From positions 32,001-96,000 of the IMG/VR virus record IMGVR_UViG_3300021197_001653: a DNA stretch of 64,000 bases. One strand, written 5' to 3'. The notes beneath the pieces were generated by a model. The model was not told where the DNA came from. It made no database searches and saw nothing but the letters and a program-made list of their open reading frames with translations. A program made the translations under genes and the position numbers. This document shows positions 19,719 to 31,641 of the stretch, in pieces. Position 1 is the first letter of the stretch. Every line of letters begins with the position of its first letter. This DNA is from a virus.

Positions 19719-22700
19719 ATGGGAAAAATATGTAATAGACTTGCTGTAACTAATAACCAGCATTCAGAACTATTTAATACTTTACTTAGTATTGCTAATA
19801 ACAATGAAGAGTTAGCAGATGAGTATTATGCTTTTTTTAAGAGTGAAAGATTTATTAATGATTTTGGTGATTATCAAGATCAATATACTAATTTTGATGC
19901 TGCTAATTTAAAAATTAGTGAAAAAAGATTAGATATTAATCATGAACCTAAGTTATTTCTTGATAAAAAATATAATAGTTATTACTATAAGAATAAACAT
20001 CATAAAAAAGTATATTACCCTAGTAGTACTAGAAATTTAAATGTATATTATTCAAGTGAAGCTATTGACTCTATATCTAAAATTTTAGCATTAGACTTTT
20101 TAAAACCAAGAATAGGTGATGATTTTAATGATTTAAATCTAAATAAAGAAAAAGGTAGATTAATAGATAGTATTAAAAATAAATTAGAGTCTAAAATTAA
20201 AGAACTTAAATCAGGCCCTAGTATTATAGAAAAAACTAAAGGTGGGGTATTAGAATTAACATTACCTCACTTAAATGAATGGGTTAAGAATGTTGAAGAT
20301 TATTATAAATCTATTAATTTAAACTACGTTGAAACAACTGAACAAGATGATGTTGATGAAGATACATCAGCCCCTGGTCATGCATATGGGTTATCTTCTT
20401 TTGAAAAGAATTCAAAAGATAATGTTACGAGTAATATAAAACTTAGACTTTCTTTATTGCAACATGGGACAGAGGTGGATTATTTATTTTATGAACCTAT
20501 ATTAATATCTTTTGATGAAGTCAATAGTTCTTTACAGAAAACTTTAACTAATAGTATTGCTTTAATGAAAAATGGTCAACAAGAAGACTTGTTTGAAATA
20601 TATAAGCAAGAGATACATACATTATCATTAAAAAAACCTTATTTAAAATCTTTAACAGCTCAATTAGATAATATTACTGATATTAATTTAAAGTCTCAAT
20701 TTGTAAGAGCATTTAATCTAGATAAAAATAATTTTATAGGTACAATATATGATATAACTAAAGACAATATTATTGTAGATGTATTAAATTTATCTGATGT
20801 TGGCTCTAAAACCAATATGGTTAAAAATAACTGGACATATTCTTTTATTAAAACTGTATCAAATTCTAATCTTGAGATTGATGAGGCATCTATTACTAAG
20901 ATAAATGATATAGAATCTGCTTTTAAAGGATTTTATGGTGATAAAAATAGTGGTTTTAGAAAAGATGTATATAAAGGTACTGTAAACCTAGAAAGGGCTA
21001 GTGATGAAATTAGAAATATATTAAATGACTTAGGTATAAATACAACTGAAAATGGATTTAATCATTATTTAGATGGTTTAGAAACTAGTACAGCTGATAA
21101 AGATTTAAGAATAGAAAACTTAAGTAATTTATTATCTAGTGTTAATTATTTATTTAAGAGTTTAAAAACTATAACTACTAAGAATTATAAAGATATTTTA
21201 AATAGTCAGAATGAAATAACAAACTTAGCTAAGGCTGAGTCATTCTTTATTTCAGAAGGTTCTGACGCATCTATATTTTCAGTAGGTAAATCTAAATGGG
21301 TTTATTCTAACCCTTCTTACTTATCTAATAAGGTAAAAGAATGGAATAAGGATATTACATATTTAGATAATCATTTCAATGCTAGTGAATTTAATAAAGG
21401 TTCTCATTATATGTCTACCATGTTAAACACTCCTAGTTTAGTTAAAAATCTTACTTTAAATGTATTTAATTCACTGCAAGTAAAAAATGACGCTGTCAAT
21501 GCTAGTGATGGTAAAACATTATCTAAGAATGATGCACTTGCAGATTCATATAATAAAATATTAGGTTATAAAAAACCAGGTGGGAAGTCTTATTTTAATA
21601 CTCCTACACCAGCAGATAAATCAACTCAATATCAAATAGGTATTCCTAATGAGCTAATGGTGGAAACTAATGCTTCATTTGATAGAGATACTAATCAAGT
21701 TGTTATAAATGATTCAGCTTATGAAATATTAGTAAGCTATATTGTATCTGAACATAATAGAATGAGAAAAGTTCAGAAGGAGATTGATTCTGGTACAACT
21801 ACAATGATAGAGCATTACCATATAGGTAGAAAGAATGGTATTAAGTTTCAAAGTATTCCTGAATTAAACCATGATAATTTTAAAAACTTAGGTTTTAATT
21901 TTGAACTATATGGTGAGAGTGGAGAAGTTTTAGATATTGATTTAACTGTTGAAGCTAAAGCTCAAATTAAAGAATATATTAAAGATATAGTATCTAAAAA
22001 CATTAAAGTTTTTTATGATACATTATTTGATAAGAAGTTGTTATCATATAATGCAGATGGTGTGATTATCAATAAAGGTATTGACAGTAGTATATGGTCT
22101 TCATATGATTCTAGATTTAGACCATTAAAGGTTGCGTCAGATATATTTATAAATGGTTTAATATCTCAGATAGAATATTCTAAAATGTTCTCTGGTGATG
22201 TAGCTTATTATAAAAATGCAGATGATTATAAGAAAAGAATACCTGCTACATATACAGATGGGTTGCAGTTATACACGCAATCATATGATAACCCTGTTGA
22301 TCAAAATAAAGAAAATTATTTTAACATTGCTGTTATCAATAATGTAGTAGTAAAAACACCTTATTATGAAGAATTAGTAAAATTAGTAGGTGAAGATATA
22401 GCTAGTAAATATTCTGACATTAACTCTACTGATGCACAAGCATGGATTACTCCTGAAAGATGGAAGTTTTTAATGGTAAGGTTAGGTAAATGGTCAAATG
22501 TACATGATTCAATTTATGACAAGTTTAATAACCCAAATGCTGAATATACTTCTACTGAATTAAAACAAGTAGCACAACCCTTAAAAGGTGTGTATTTTGA
22601 GATTAATAATGGTGTACCTGTTTACTTAAAGTATTCACAAGCTGTATTAGTTCCTAATATGGTTAGAAATAATAAAGGGTTGCAGACATTAGTTAATAAA

Positions 22701-25700
22701 ATGAAGGATGCTGATATACAAGAACTTATTACAATTGATGGTGTAAAAGTTGGTGCAGCAAAACCTGTTAAAACTCATACTGATGAAGGTATTGTTTTAA
22801 ATAACTTTGAATTAACACCATATCAATTAAAGAATAGTGGTTGGAAACTTCAACAAGATTTACCTATTAAGACATTCAAGTTAACTGAAGTAGGTTCTCA
22901 GATTCAAAAGAATATATATGCTGGTTTATCAAGTAATTTAGATAAAACATTTGATGTTAATGATATTGAAATGAGTGGTTCTGAATTAATAGAATACATT
23001 AATAATATAGTAGCTCAATTATCTAATAAAGGTAAGGATAGATTCACAAAGGAATTTGATGTTGATGATAATAATAAAATCAATAATATAGACGCTCTTA
23101 CTGATACACTATTAGATGAATTAAAAACTAGAGGTGCTTCTAAAAATGTCATACAAGCATTAGAAAGTGGTATTACCCCTTATGCTATACCTGGATATCA
23201 GCAAAAAATACAGAATGTATTTGCATCTATTGTATTAAAGAGATTAGTTAAAATTAAGACTAATGGTGGTTCATTTATTCAGATGTCTAACTATGGTTTA
23301 AATAAAGATGAAGCTGATAATAAAGGTGTTATATGGACTCCATGGGCTAAGGAAACTACACATGAATATGAGGTTATAGGTGAAAAGAATGGTAGACAGA
23401 TAATTAGACCTGCTGGTATGTTAATCAGTGGTAGTTTAATAGCTAAATATATACCTAACTATAAGAAATATAGTACTGCTCAATTATTTGGAACAAAAGA
23501 GAATGATTATAAAGATGCAATGATAGATAAGAGAATTCTAGATTCAATAATAGGATATAGAATACCTAATCAGCATTTAGCGTCTAATGATGCATTAGAG
23601 GTTGTTGGTATATTACCAGAAGAAATGGGTGATACTGTTATTGCTTATACAGGTATTACAACTAAGACTGGTAGTGATTTTGATATTGATAAGATGTATC
23701 TAATGATTCCTTCAATTAAAGCTATAAGAAAAGATGGTGACGTATCTAAATTAAAGTATGTAGAAGATGAAGGTCTTAGTTTGGAAGATCAATCATTAGC
23801 TCAGTTACAAAATAGTTTAATTCAAGCTTATAAGGCTGTTATATTAAATGAAAATGTGATTGAAGATGTAATGACACCCATTGATTTTGATTTTATTAAA
23901 GATGATATATTAGATTTATTTCCTAAAGATCCTATTGAAGCATATGATACATTTAATATCAATAAAGATGTAGATTTAAAATATGAATTTATGGCTGGAA
24001 ACGCTGGTATTGGTCAAACTGCAAATATGCTAGTTGATCATAACAGAGGGTTAATGGCTGATATATATTTAAATGATACTGATATTGGAATGGGTTTTAA
24101 AAATGATAAAGGTTTCACTACATTTGACACAGAATACTCTGAAGTATTAAATGAAATAAAAGACCCTAAATTAAAAAGTATTAAAGTAGCACATTCTTTA
24201 TCTGCAATAATGAATGGTTACGTTGATATAGCTAAAGATTCATATATAACAAGAGGTAACTGGACTACACAAACAGCTAATGTTGGATTTATGTTAATAA
24301 GAGCTGGTGTACATCCATTTAAGGTGAATGCTTTATTAGGACAACCTATTATTAGAGAGTATGTTGATTTTATAACTAACTCAGAATCTAAGATAATTAA
24401 TGAAACTAGTAATATTAAAGATAAGTTTAAACAAGAACAAATAAGAAAATTATTAGAAAACGATACATCAATAATTACAATTAATGGTATATCATTAACT
24501 AAACGTAAGATATATAAATTAGTAGATAGTAAACCAACCCTTAATAAATTAGCTACAATATTTAAATTAAAAGAAGCTGATGAAGAAGTGTTAGATTTAT
24601 ATAAGCATTTAAAGTCATTAGATAAATTATTTGAAGATACTAAATCTGCTAATGCTAGTAACTTATCATTAAAAGATCTTAGATACAATGTAAAGAATCC
24701 TAAGTCTGCTAAGTTACAACCTGAGATATTAAATTGGTTCTATGAATTAGTAGATAACTCTAAGAAACTAGTGGAGAACATTAATGCATCTAAAGTTGAT
24801 GTGAATGGTTACGGTAAGAATATTGGATCTTTAATTGTTACAACTAATCTAATAAATAAATTATTAAATGAGAAAGAAAGTGGTAGTTTTATGGGGTATG
24901 CTTCAAAGCTTCATTATAATAATGAACCAACAATACTAGGGGCTTATACTGAGAATTCAGTTAATTATATTAAAGATGTAATGCAAGCTAATCCATTATT
25001 TTTTGCTACGGCTAATCAGTCAATAATTAATACATTTAATGATATTTCTAAGAGTATTACTAATGAAAATTTAATGAATCCTAAACTAGCTGATAAATTA
25101 GAAAAAGATTTTTATTCATATTTATTAAGTGGTTTTGAACCATTAAAAACTAGCCAAGAAGAGAAAGAAGATTTAATAAATAATTTACCTGATAGATTAA
25201 TGGCTTATTCTAAAGAAAATGAAAACTTATTCATAAAAGAATTAGATATTAAATTAGGGGATGATAGTATTTTTTATATTACAATGAATAATAAGAAAAA
25301 AACTCCTGAATATCAAACTGAATTAACAAATGCATGGTTAGATTTAATAGTTGAAAATAAAAAATTAGGTAATGATTTAATTAAATATTCTTATTTAACA
25401 TCTGGATTTAAAATGAATATAAATCAGTTTTATACTTATATACCATATCAATTCTTTGCTGAAGGGCATATAGATGAGTATATTAATGAAACATTATTTG
25501 AGTTGAGTAATTCAGATATATCAGATAAACAATTTAGTACACAATTCTTTTCTCATAATATTACTGATTACCAACTTGTAGGTAAAATACATGGTAGTCA
25601 ATTGAATAAAAAAGGATTATCTAATCCAGCAGGTGTTATTTTAGAACCTAATGAAAACTTCAAAGGTGTTAAAGAATATTATGTATATGAAGTTAGTAGT

Positions 25701-26141
25701 GAAGTTGAAGGTAAAATAAAGAAAAGAACATTATTATTTAAACTATTAGGTTATGATAAAGATAATGCAGCTATTTTAAAAAGAGTACCTGTTCATGGTA
25801 AGAAAGATTCAAAAGGACATAGGATAGTAGAATGGTCATTTGGTAATGAAATAACTACAAAAGACAATGATATATTAATACAACCTACCACTGAAAATTT
25901 ACTTGAATTAGAAAACCAAATAGATGAAAGATATAATCCTGATAAAACCAAAGAAGATGATTTTGAAAATATGTCTGATTTAGATGAGAATATAACACAA
26001 GAAGTAAAAGAATTATGGGCTTTTCATTCCAAAGTAATATTAGAGAAACATAGTAATGTTACTATACAAGATTTCGCTGATATTGTAAATAAGAATGATA
26101 AGGAAGAAGTAGAAAACTGGATAAAAAATTGTTATGAGTAA
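19719..26141 (+). CDS. Virion-packaged DNA-dependent RNA polymerase (crAss-type, double-psi beta-barrel)
   Basis: 2140 aa; TDAQ, YRIP.Q and catalytic GSDFDIDK motifs characteristic of Crassvirales RNAP. Confidence 0.93.
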   Translation: MGKICNRLAVTNNQHSELFNTLLSIANNNEELADEYYAFFKSERFINDFGDYQDQYTNFDAANLKISEKRLDINHEPKLFLDKKYNSYYYKNKHHKKVYYPSSTRNLNVYYSSEAIDSISKILALDFLKPRIGDDFNDLNLNKEKGRLIDSIKNKLESKIKELKSGPSIIEKTKGGVLELTLPHLNEWVKNVEDYYKSINLNYVETTEQDDVDEDTSAPGHAYGLSSFEKNSKDNVTSNIKLRLSLLQHGTEVDYLFYEPILISFDEVNSSLQKTLTNSIALMKNGQQEDLFEIYKQEIHTLSLKKPYLKSLTAQLDNITDINLKSQFVRAFNLDKNNFIGTIYDITKDNIIVDVLNLSDVGSKTNMVKNNWTYSFIKTVSNSNLEIDEASITKINDIESAFKGFYGDKNSGFRKDVYKGTVNLERASDEIRNILNDLGINTTENGFNHYLDGLETSTADKDLRIENLSNLLSSVNYLFKSLKTITTKNYKDILNSQNEITNLAKAESFFISEGSDASIFSVGKSKWVYSNPSYLSNKVKEWNKDITYLDNHFNASEFNKGSHYMSTMLNTPSLVKNLTLNVFNSLQVKNDAVNASDGKTLSKNDALADSYNKILGYKKPGGKSYFNTPTPADKSTQYQIGIPNELMVETNASFDRDTNQVVINDSAYEILVSYIVSEHNRMRKVQKEIDSGTTTMIEHYHIGRKNGIKFQSIPELNHDNFKNLGFNFELYGESGEVLDIDLTVEAKAQIKEYIKDIVSKNIKVFYDTLFDKKLLSYNADGVIINKGIDSSIWSSYDSRFRPLKVASDIFINGLISQIEYSKMFSGDVAYYKNADDYKKRIPATYTDGLQLYTQSYDNPVDQNKENYFNIAVINNVVVKTPYYEELVKLVGEDIASKYSDINSTDAQAWITPERWKFLMVRLGKWSNVHDSIYDKFNNPNAEYTSTELKQVAQPLKGVYFEINNGVPVYLKYSQAVLVPNMVRNNKGLQTLVNKMKDADIQELITIDGVKVGAAKPVKTHTDEGIVLNNFELTPYQLKNSGWKLQQDLPIKTFKLTEVGSQIQKNIYAGLSSNLDKTFDVNDIEMSGSELIEYINNIVAQLSNKGKDRFTKEFDVDDNNKINNIDALTDTLLDELKTRGASKNVIQALESGITPYAIPGYQQKIQNVFASIVLKRLVKIKTNGGSFIQMSNYGLNKDEADNKGVIWTPWAKETTHEYEVIGEKNGRQIIRPAGMLISGSLIAKYIPNYKKYSTAQLFGTKENDYKDAMIDKRILDSIIGYRIPNQHLASNDALEVVGILPEEMGDTVIAYTGITTKTGSDFDIDKMYLMIPSIKAIRKDGDVSKLKYVEDEGLSLEDQSLAQLQNSLIQAYKAVILNENVIEDVMTPIDFDFIKDDILDLFPKDPIEAYDTFNINKDVDLKYEFMAGNAGIGQTANMLVDHNRGLMADIYLNDTDIGMGFKNDKGFTTFDTEYSEVLNEIKDPKLKSIKVAHSLSAIMNGYVDIAKDSYITRGNWTTQTANVGFMLIRAGVHPFKVNALLGQPIIREYVDFITNSESKIINETSNIKDKFKQEQIRKLLENDTSIITINGISLTKRKIYKLVDSKPTLNKLATIFKLKEADEEVLDLYKHLKSLDKLFEDTKSANASNLSLKDLRYNVKNPKSAKLQPEILNWFYELVDNSKKLVENINASKVDVNGYGKNIGSLIVTTNLINKLLNEKESGSFMGYASKLHYNNEPTILGAYTENSVNYIKDVMQANPLFFATANQSIINTFNDISKSITNENLMNPKLADKLEKDFYSYLLSGFEPLKTSQEEKEDLINNLPDRLMAYSKENENLFIKELDIKLGDDSIFYITMNNKKKTPEYQTELTNAWLDLIVENKKLGNDLIKYSYLTSGFKMNINQFYTYIPYQFFAEGHIDEYINETLFELSNSDISDKQFSTQFFSHNITDYQLVGKIHGSQLNKKGLSNPAGVILEPNENFKGVKEYYVYEVSSEVEGKIKKRTLLFKLLGYDKDNAAILKRVPVHGKKDSKGHRIVEWSFGNEITTKDNDILIQPTTENLLELENQIDERYNPDKTKEDDFENMSDLDENITQEVKELWAFHSKVILEKHSNVTIQDFADIVNKNDKEEVENWIKNCYE

Positions 26142-29100
26142 GATAAGTTGTATAAATATAAATAATAAGGAATATAAGGCTTTAGTAGAGGATAGTAATC
26201 TATCACCTATTGTAGTTGAATTTAAGATTGCTAAATGGCAAAGTGAGACAGGTTTAGACAGGTTTCCTTCTAAAGATGAATTAATGTCTTTTGATGGGGT
26301 TAGTTATAATTTAAAAGCTGTAGATATATTATCTTCTGATAAGGCTATACAAGTCTTTAAAAAGGGTAATAAGAACAACTGGGAGTTATCTAAAATTCTT
26401 ACAGAGCTTCAAATACCTAAAGAGCAGAAACAACTTATATTAGATAAGGGTTTGACTAATAAAGATGAAATCATATTAGCTTTATTAGCTGATAATAGTT
26501 TTGCTGTTGAAATTAATATTGCTACTACTAAATCAGCTAATAGTGTGGATGATTATGATACAGCCTATGAGCAGCAGTATGGTCAAGGAGATATTGTAGG
26601 AAGTAATACACAGCATTACTCAAATTTAACAGTTCCAGGTGGTATTAATTATACAGAAAATGAAATATCTACACCTGCTATAACACCTAATATTAAAGGT
26701 CATGCTCAATTTAGTACTAATCAAGGTATCGGATGGTTTAGGAGCGATGAACAAAAAGAAGATTCTAATTTAAGTATAGAAAAAGGACGTTTAATAGATA
26801 ATAAAATTTATACTAAAACTCGTAGAATACTAGAATTACAATCTGATTTATTTCAGAAAGGTAGAGATTCTAAGTTATTAGTTGGTGAGAGGTCAATAGA
26901 TGGAGGTGGTACATTTAATATAAAAGATCATGAATACAAAAGAAGTATAAATGGTGAATTTAGTGTAAGATCACCTGAAGATGGTTCTGATACTGTTGAA
27001 GATGGTGGTATTGTAGTAATAAAAAATATTTCAGAATCAGAATATTTTGATGCATTAAGAACATTAAATAATACTAATGAAGATAATCAATTTCTACAAC
27101 TTTTAAATAAAAAAGGTAATTGGGTTAATTTCTTTATTCAATCTATAGTACAAGATAGTATTAAGAAAGGTTATAAAAAAGTATTATTTCCTACAGGTAA
27201 TACTGCTGCTACTGTTGAAGGTCATACTACTATAGCTGATGATATAAAGAATACAAATAAAATAATAAAGATATTAGAAGATAATAAAGTAGAAAAAAAT
27301 CCTGATGTTGAATCACCTAGGCAAGCTTATAGATTTAAAATAAGTGAACATAATGATTATAACTATGCCGCAACACAATCTGAAGCTGAAGGAGATAGAA
27401 AAGCTAAAATTGATTACTTAAAATATAGAAATAAAGAAAGAAAAGAACAAGGTGTTGAAAAACTTGCTCCAATTGAAGCTTTTTATAATAATAAAGTAAC
27501 GAGAACACTTGATAAACTATATGCAGTAAATAAAATTACTGATAAATATGGTAACACTTGGAATGAAATAGATTTATCTCAAGATATAAGTCAAACGATA
27601 TTATTAAAAGATTTATTAAATGAGAATATAAAAGATAGAGTATTTGAAAATAACGTTACAACCCCTACATTTAATAATGATCCTAATTTAAGAGGTGATT
27701 TTGTAAAGACTATGAGGTTATTATTTAACAATAAGACATCTAATGTAATGGCTACAGATGTTTTAGAGAACATATTGAATAATTTTGAGGATATATCTGA
27801 TATATCTAAACCAGTATTGGAAAAGGTCTTAAAAAAACTACAGGTAACTAATGCTAAGGTTCTATTTGTTGGTCAAAGTAAAATGGCTACTGAAGGAGCT
27901 GTAATGCAATATAACCCTCATGATAAGACAATTAGAGTTTCTAAGAAGTTTTTAACAGGATTAGATCCTAAATTTTTAAGTAGAGTGTTTATACATGAGG
28001 TAGTGCATAGTGTAACCCACCATGTAATAACCAAACCTACCACAATGGAAGATAAGATATTTGGTGATTTCATCAAGAAGTCTTATGACTACTATAAATC
28101 TAAAATAGACAATGCGGATTCATATAACGGTTTCAAAAATATTGATGAGTTTATGGCTGATTTCTTTACTGATAAGGATTTTGCTAATAAAATTAAAGAA
28201 GTTGATAAGAAAAATAAAAATAAATCGTTTTTATCAAAATTAATATCATATCTTAAAACATTATTTGGTATAAATAAAAATGAAACTCCTGCTTATAATA
28301 AAGTAATGGATTCTATTTTATCTAATGCTAAAGTTGATGTATTAAACAAGAATTGGAATGATGTTGTTTTTGAAAAGAACATAACTGAAATTCCTGCTTA
28401 CTACAAGTTAGGTAGTATTGATAAAAAATTAAATTATTTTATTGATGGTATTAAAGATAATTTAGAAGAAAATATTAGAAATTATGATAATCTTATAAAG
28501 AAAGTTAAAAAACCTCAATCAATTAAATTATATAACGATAAACTAAAAGAATTATTATTTCATATTAATGAATTGGATGAAGGTAATAAATGGCAAGGTA
28601 TTTCTTTATTTGTAAATCAAATGAATAATAGTATTAATTCTCTTAAAGCAAAACTTCATACTGAAAACTTTCAAAATAAAGATGTAGTAACTACTATTAA
28701 TCTATATAATAAGTATTTAGAATCATATGATATTATTGAAGATATAAGACAATTTCTATCCGACACTAAAGCAGAAATTAAAACTGGTAAAGAAAATATT
28801 CCAGTTACTCTTGAAGATATTATAGCAATAAATGATGTATTAGAAGAAGCTAGTGGTCAATATAATGGTTTAAAAGGTGATGTATTTTCATATCTTAAAA
28901 AAGCATTCATTGAAAAGTATAATAAAAAAGAATATGCTACTGAAGTATTATATAAATATAGAAAGAAGCTAGGTAAACAATATAAAGATTTAAAGATTAC
29001 AGAATCTAAAAAATCTTGGGTTGCTAAACAAATGAATGGTCCTTATAAAGAAGAGATTGCTCAAAAAGTAAAAGAACATGTAACTGGTATTGTAGAAGAT

Positions 29101-31527
29101 CATGCATTTGATATAACAACAGCTACTGCTGTAATGAATACTAGTATTAATACTAATTCAAAGTTAGTTCAGATGTTACATAATTTAATTGCTAAAACTA
29201 GAGATGTAATTATAACAAAAACTAGAAAGAAGGATTTAGATTTAATTTCATTACATGATAAATTTATTAAAGATAAAGGTAATAAAAAACCTTCTGCTTT
29301 ATATAGTGAATTAATTGAGTATGATAAGGTTAGCGATAATTATTATCTAAAAGGTGAATATTCAATTAAGTTTAAACAAGAACATGATAAACAATTTAAT
29401 AAATATATTGAAGAACTTAAAGAAATTGCAACCAATAAAGGTACTAATTCTGATGAATATAAATATTACTTTGATAATTCTAATTTTAACAAATGGTTAA
29501 AAGATAATGTTGTTAAACAAGGTGATGTAGAAAGACCTTCTAATAAATGGAAAAATGATTTATCTAAGTTGTCTAATATAGAAAAACAAGTATTAAATGA
29601 ATTTACAAGTATTATTAAAGATACACAAAAGAAAACATTTAAAATAAATAGTTTAATTTCTAGACCTTTAAAAGGTGCTGTATATATGAAGTTACCATCT
29701 ATTACTAAGAAGGATTTAGAAAGAGCTCTAGAAGGTAATATAAAGGGTTTTTATAAAGACAAAATAAAAGATTTAACAAAAGTTAGAGTTGATGATATTG
29801 GTTATGAAACTAAACTAGTTAAAATGAATAATAAACCACTTAATAATGTTAAGATTAATTTTAGAGGTGATTTATCTAGTGACCAACAATCTTTAGACCT
29901 ATTTACTATAATGGCTTTGGAATATAAAAATGGTATTAATTATGAAGAAAAACATAAACTTGAAAATGATGCCCATATATTAAAAGAAATAGCTAAAAAT
30001 AAGAAATATTATGTTACATCTGCCGCTAGTAGGGTTCCAATTTTAGGAGCTCATATAAAGAGAAATAAAAGACTTATACAAGATGGTTCTACGAGTAATA
30101 CTTATAAAAGAATTAATAGCCTTATAGAGTCTAATGTATATGATATTTTACATAAAAATTCTGGTAAAATAGGTAAATACGATGTAAATAAAATTATTGG
30201 ATTTGTAAATGGATGGACGGGTGCTGTTGGTATGACATTAAATGAAGTTACAGCTACAGCCAATGTATTAAATGGTAAAGCTCAATTATTTTTAGAAGCT
30301 ATATCAGGTTCACATATTAAAGCTAAATCTATTGCTAAAGCTGAGAAATTATATTTTAGTAATTTAGGAGAAATCGTAAAGGATATAAAATCACCAGTTA
30401 AAAGATCATTTACTAATCAACTTACTGAAATGTTTGATACATTTGGTACAGTTAGTGTAGGTCAAAAACAAGCATTTATTAAAAACACAATGATAAAAGC
30501 TATTGGAAACTTTGGGTCTGGTCAATTTATGCAAGATTCAGGTGAACATTGGATGCAATCTGTATTAACAATGGGTGTTTTAGATAGTGTAAAAGTAATG
30601 AATTCAGATCATAACTTTATTGATAAAAATGGTAAAGTGGTTAAAACTGAAAAAGAAGCTGCTTCATTATTAGATATGATATCATTAGTAAATGGTGAAT
30701 TAAAAGTTAGTAAAAAATTCTTATATACATCTCATACACCTAATGTAGCATATAATGAAGGTGGTAAAGAATTAATAGATAAGTTTCTTAAAAAGAAAAT
30801 ATTTGATACAATGGGAGCGTATGATGTTAATATGCAACCTGAAGCTCAAAGACATGCTTTTGGTAAATTAACTTTAATGTATCGTAAATTCTTAGTTCCA
30901 ATGGGTGTAGCTAGATATAGAGGGTTTAGTACATTTAATAAATCATATGATGAGTTAAGACCAGAACAAAAATTTTTCTCAGAAGCATTACAAGAATATG
31001 AAGAAGGTTATTATACTTCAGCATTAAGATTTGTAAGTACAACTGCTTTACCTGCTCTAAAAGAACTTAATTATAAAATAATAAAAGAAAACTGGAGTGA
31101 ACTTACTGATTATCAGAAGAAGAATATTCATAAAGCAGTTACAGAAGTAGTTATTACAGCTGTCTTATTACCTTTATTATCTATAATATTACAATCAATG
31201 GCAGATGATACTGAAGATGATGAATTTTTATATTTTTTATTATTAGAATTTAGAAGATTAGAATCTGAATTGTCATCATATAGAAATTTAAGTGAGCAAT
31301 GGAGAATATTAGAGTCACCAATTCCTTCAGCAAGAATGGTTCAAAACTCAAGTAAACTTATACTTAGATTAATCAATCCTAGTCAATGGGGTGAAAGGTA
31401 TAAATCAGGTACAAATAAAAATATGTTTAGAATAAAAAGGGAAGTTGAAAGATTAACACCAATTTTAAATTCAAGAAGTATTACTTATAAAGATAAATAT
31501 AATTATATGTTAAAAATGGTGCAATAG
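26134..31527 (+). CDS. Large polyvalent cargo protein with zincin-like metallopeptidase motif
   Basis: HEVVH with a downstream DEF.A; N-terminal GH..F..GWFR..ELQSD domain; follows the vRNAP. Confidence 0.7.
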   Translation: MSKISCININNKEYKALVEDSNLSPIVVEFKIAKWQSETGLDRFPSKDELMSFDGVSYNLKAVDILSSDKAIQVFKKGNKNNWELSKILTELQIPKEQKQLILDKGLTNKDEIILALLADNSFAVEINIATTKSANSVDDYDTAYEQQYGQGDIVGSNTQHYSNLTVPGGINYTENEISTPAITPNIKGHAQFSTNQGIGWFRSDEQKEDSNLSIEKGRLIDNKIYTKTRRILELQSDLFQKGRDSKLLVGERSIDGGGTFNIKDHEYKRSINGEFSVRSPEDGSDTVEDGGIVVIKNISESEYFDALRTLNNTNEDNQFLQLLNKKGNWVNFFIQSIVQDSIKKGYKKVLFPTGNTAATVEGHTTIADDIKNTNKIIKILEDNKVEKNPDVESPRQAYRFKISEHNDYNYAATQSEAEGDRKAKIDYLKYRNKERKEQGVEKLAPIEAFYNNKVTRTLDKLYAVNKITDKYGNTWNEIDLSQDISQTILLKDLLNENIKDRVFENNVTTPTFNNDPNLRGDFVKTMRLLFNNKTSNVMATDVLENILNNFEDISDISKPVLEKVLKKLQVTNAKVLFVGQSKMATEGAVMQYNPHDKTIRVSKKFLTGLDPKFLSRVFIHEVVHSVTHHVITKPTTMEDKIFGDFIKKSYDYYKSKIDNADSYNGFKNIDEFMADFFTDKDFANKIKEVDKKNKNKSFLSKLISYLKTLFGINKNETPAYNKVMDSILSNAKVDVLNKNWNDVVFEKNITEIPAYYKLGSIDKKLNYFIDGIKDNLEENIRNYDNLIKKVKKPQSIKLYNDKLKELLFHINELDEGNKWQGISLFVNQMNNSINSLKAKLHTENFQNKDVVTTINLYNKYLESYDIIEDIRQFLSDTKAEIKTGKENIPVTLEDIIAINDVLEEASGQYNGLKGDVFSYLKKAFIEKYNKKEYATEVLYKYRKKLGKQYKDLKITESKKSWVAKQMNGPYKEEIAQKVKEHVTGIVEDHAFDITTATAVMNTSINTNSKLVQMLHNLIAKTRDVIITKTRKKDLDLISLHDKFIKDKGNKKPSALYSELIEYDKVSDNYYLKGEYSIKFKQEHDKQFNKYIEELKEIATNKGTNSDEYKYYFDNSNFNKWLKDNVVKQGDVERPSNKWKNDLSKLSNIEKQVLNEFTSIIKDTQKKTFKINSLISRPLKGAVYMKLPSITKKDLERALEGNIKGFYKDKIKDLTKVRVDDIGYETKLVKMNNKPLNNVKINFRGDLSSDQQSLDLFTIMALEYKNGINYEEKHKLENDAHILKEIAKNKKYYVTSAASRVPILGAHIKRNKRLIQDGSTSNTYKRINSLIESNVYDILHKNSGKIGKYDVNKIIGFVNGWTGAVGMTLNEVTATANVLNGKAQLFLEAISGSHIKAKSIAKAEKLYFSNLGEIVKDIKSPVKRSFTNQLTEMFDTFGTVSVGQKQAFIKNTMIKAIGNFGSGQFMQDSGEHWMQSVLTMGVLDSVKVMNSDHNFIDKNGKVVKTEKEAASLLDMISLVNGELKVSKKFLYTSHTPNVAYNEGGKELIDKFLKKKIFDTMGAYDVNMQPEAQRHAFGKLTLMYRKFLVPMGVARYRGFSTFNKSYDELRPEQKFFSEALQEYEEGYYTSALRFVSTTALPALKELNYKIIKENWSELTDYQKKNIHKAVTEVVITAVLLPLLSIILQSMADDTEDDEFLYFLLLEFRRLESELSSYRNLSEQWRILESPIPSARMVQNSSKLILRLINPSQWGERYKSGTNKNMFRIKREVERLTPILNSRSITYKDKYNYMLKMVQ

Positions 31528-31551
31528 GCATCGTTCATAGTTAAAGGGTCT

Positions 31552-31591
31552 AAAAAAAAGGATAGTGTCAATTAAGATGCTATCCTTTTTT
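31552..31591. terminator. Bidirectional Rho-independent terminator between the convergent modules
   Basis: A-run, GGATAGTGTC, loop, GATGCTATCC, T-run. Confidence 0.85.
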
Positions 31592-31641
31592 ATGTTTAAT
31601 ATAATTACAATTATTAAACTCTGCGTATTCTTTTTCTTTTT

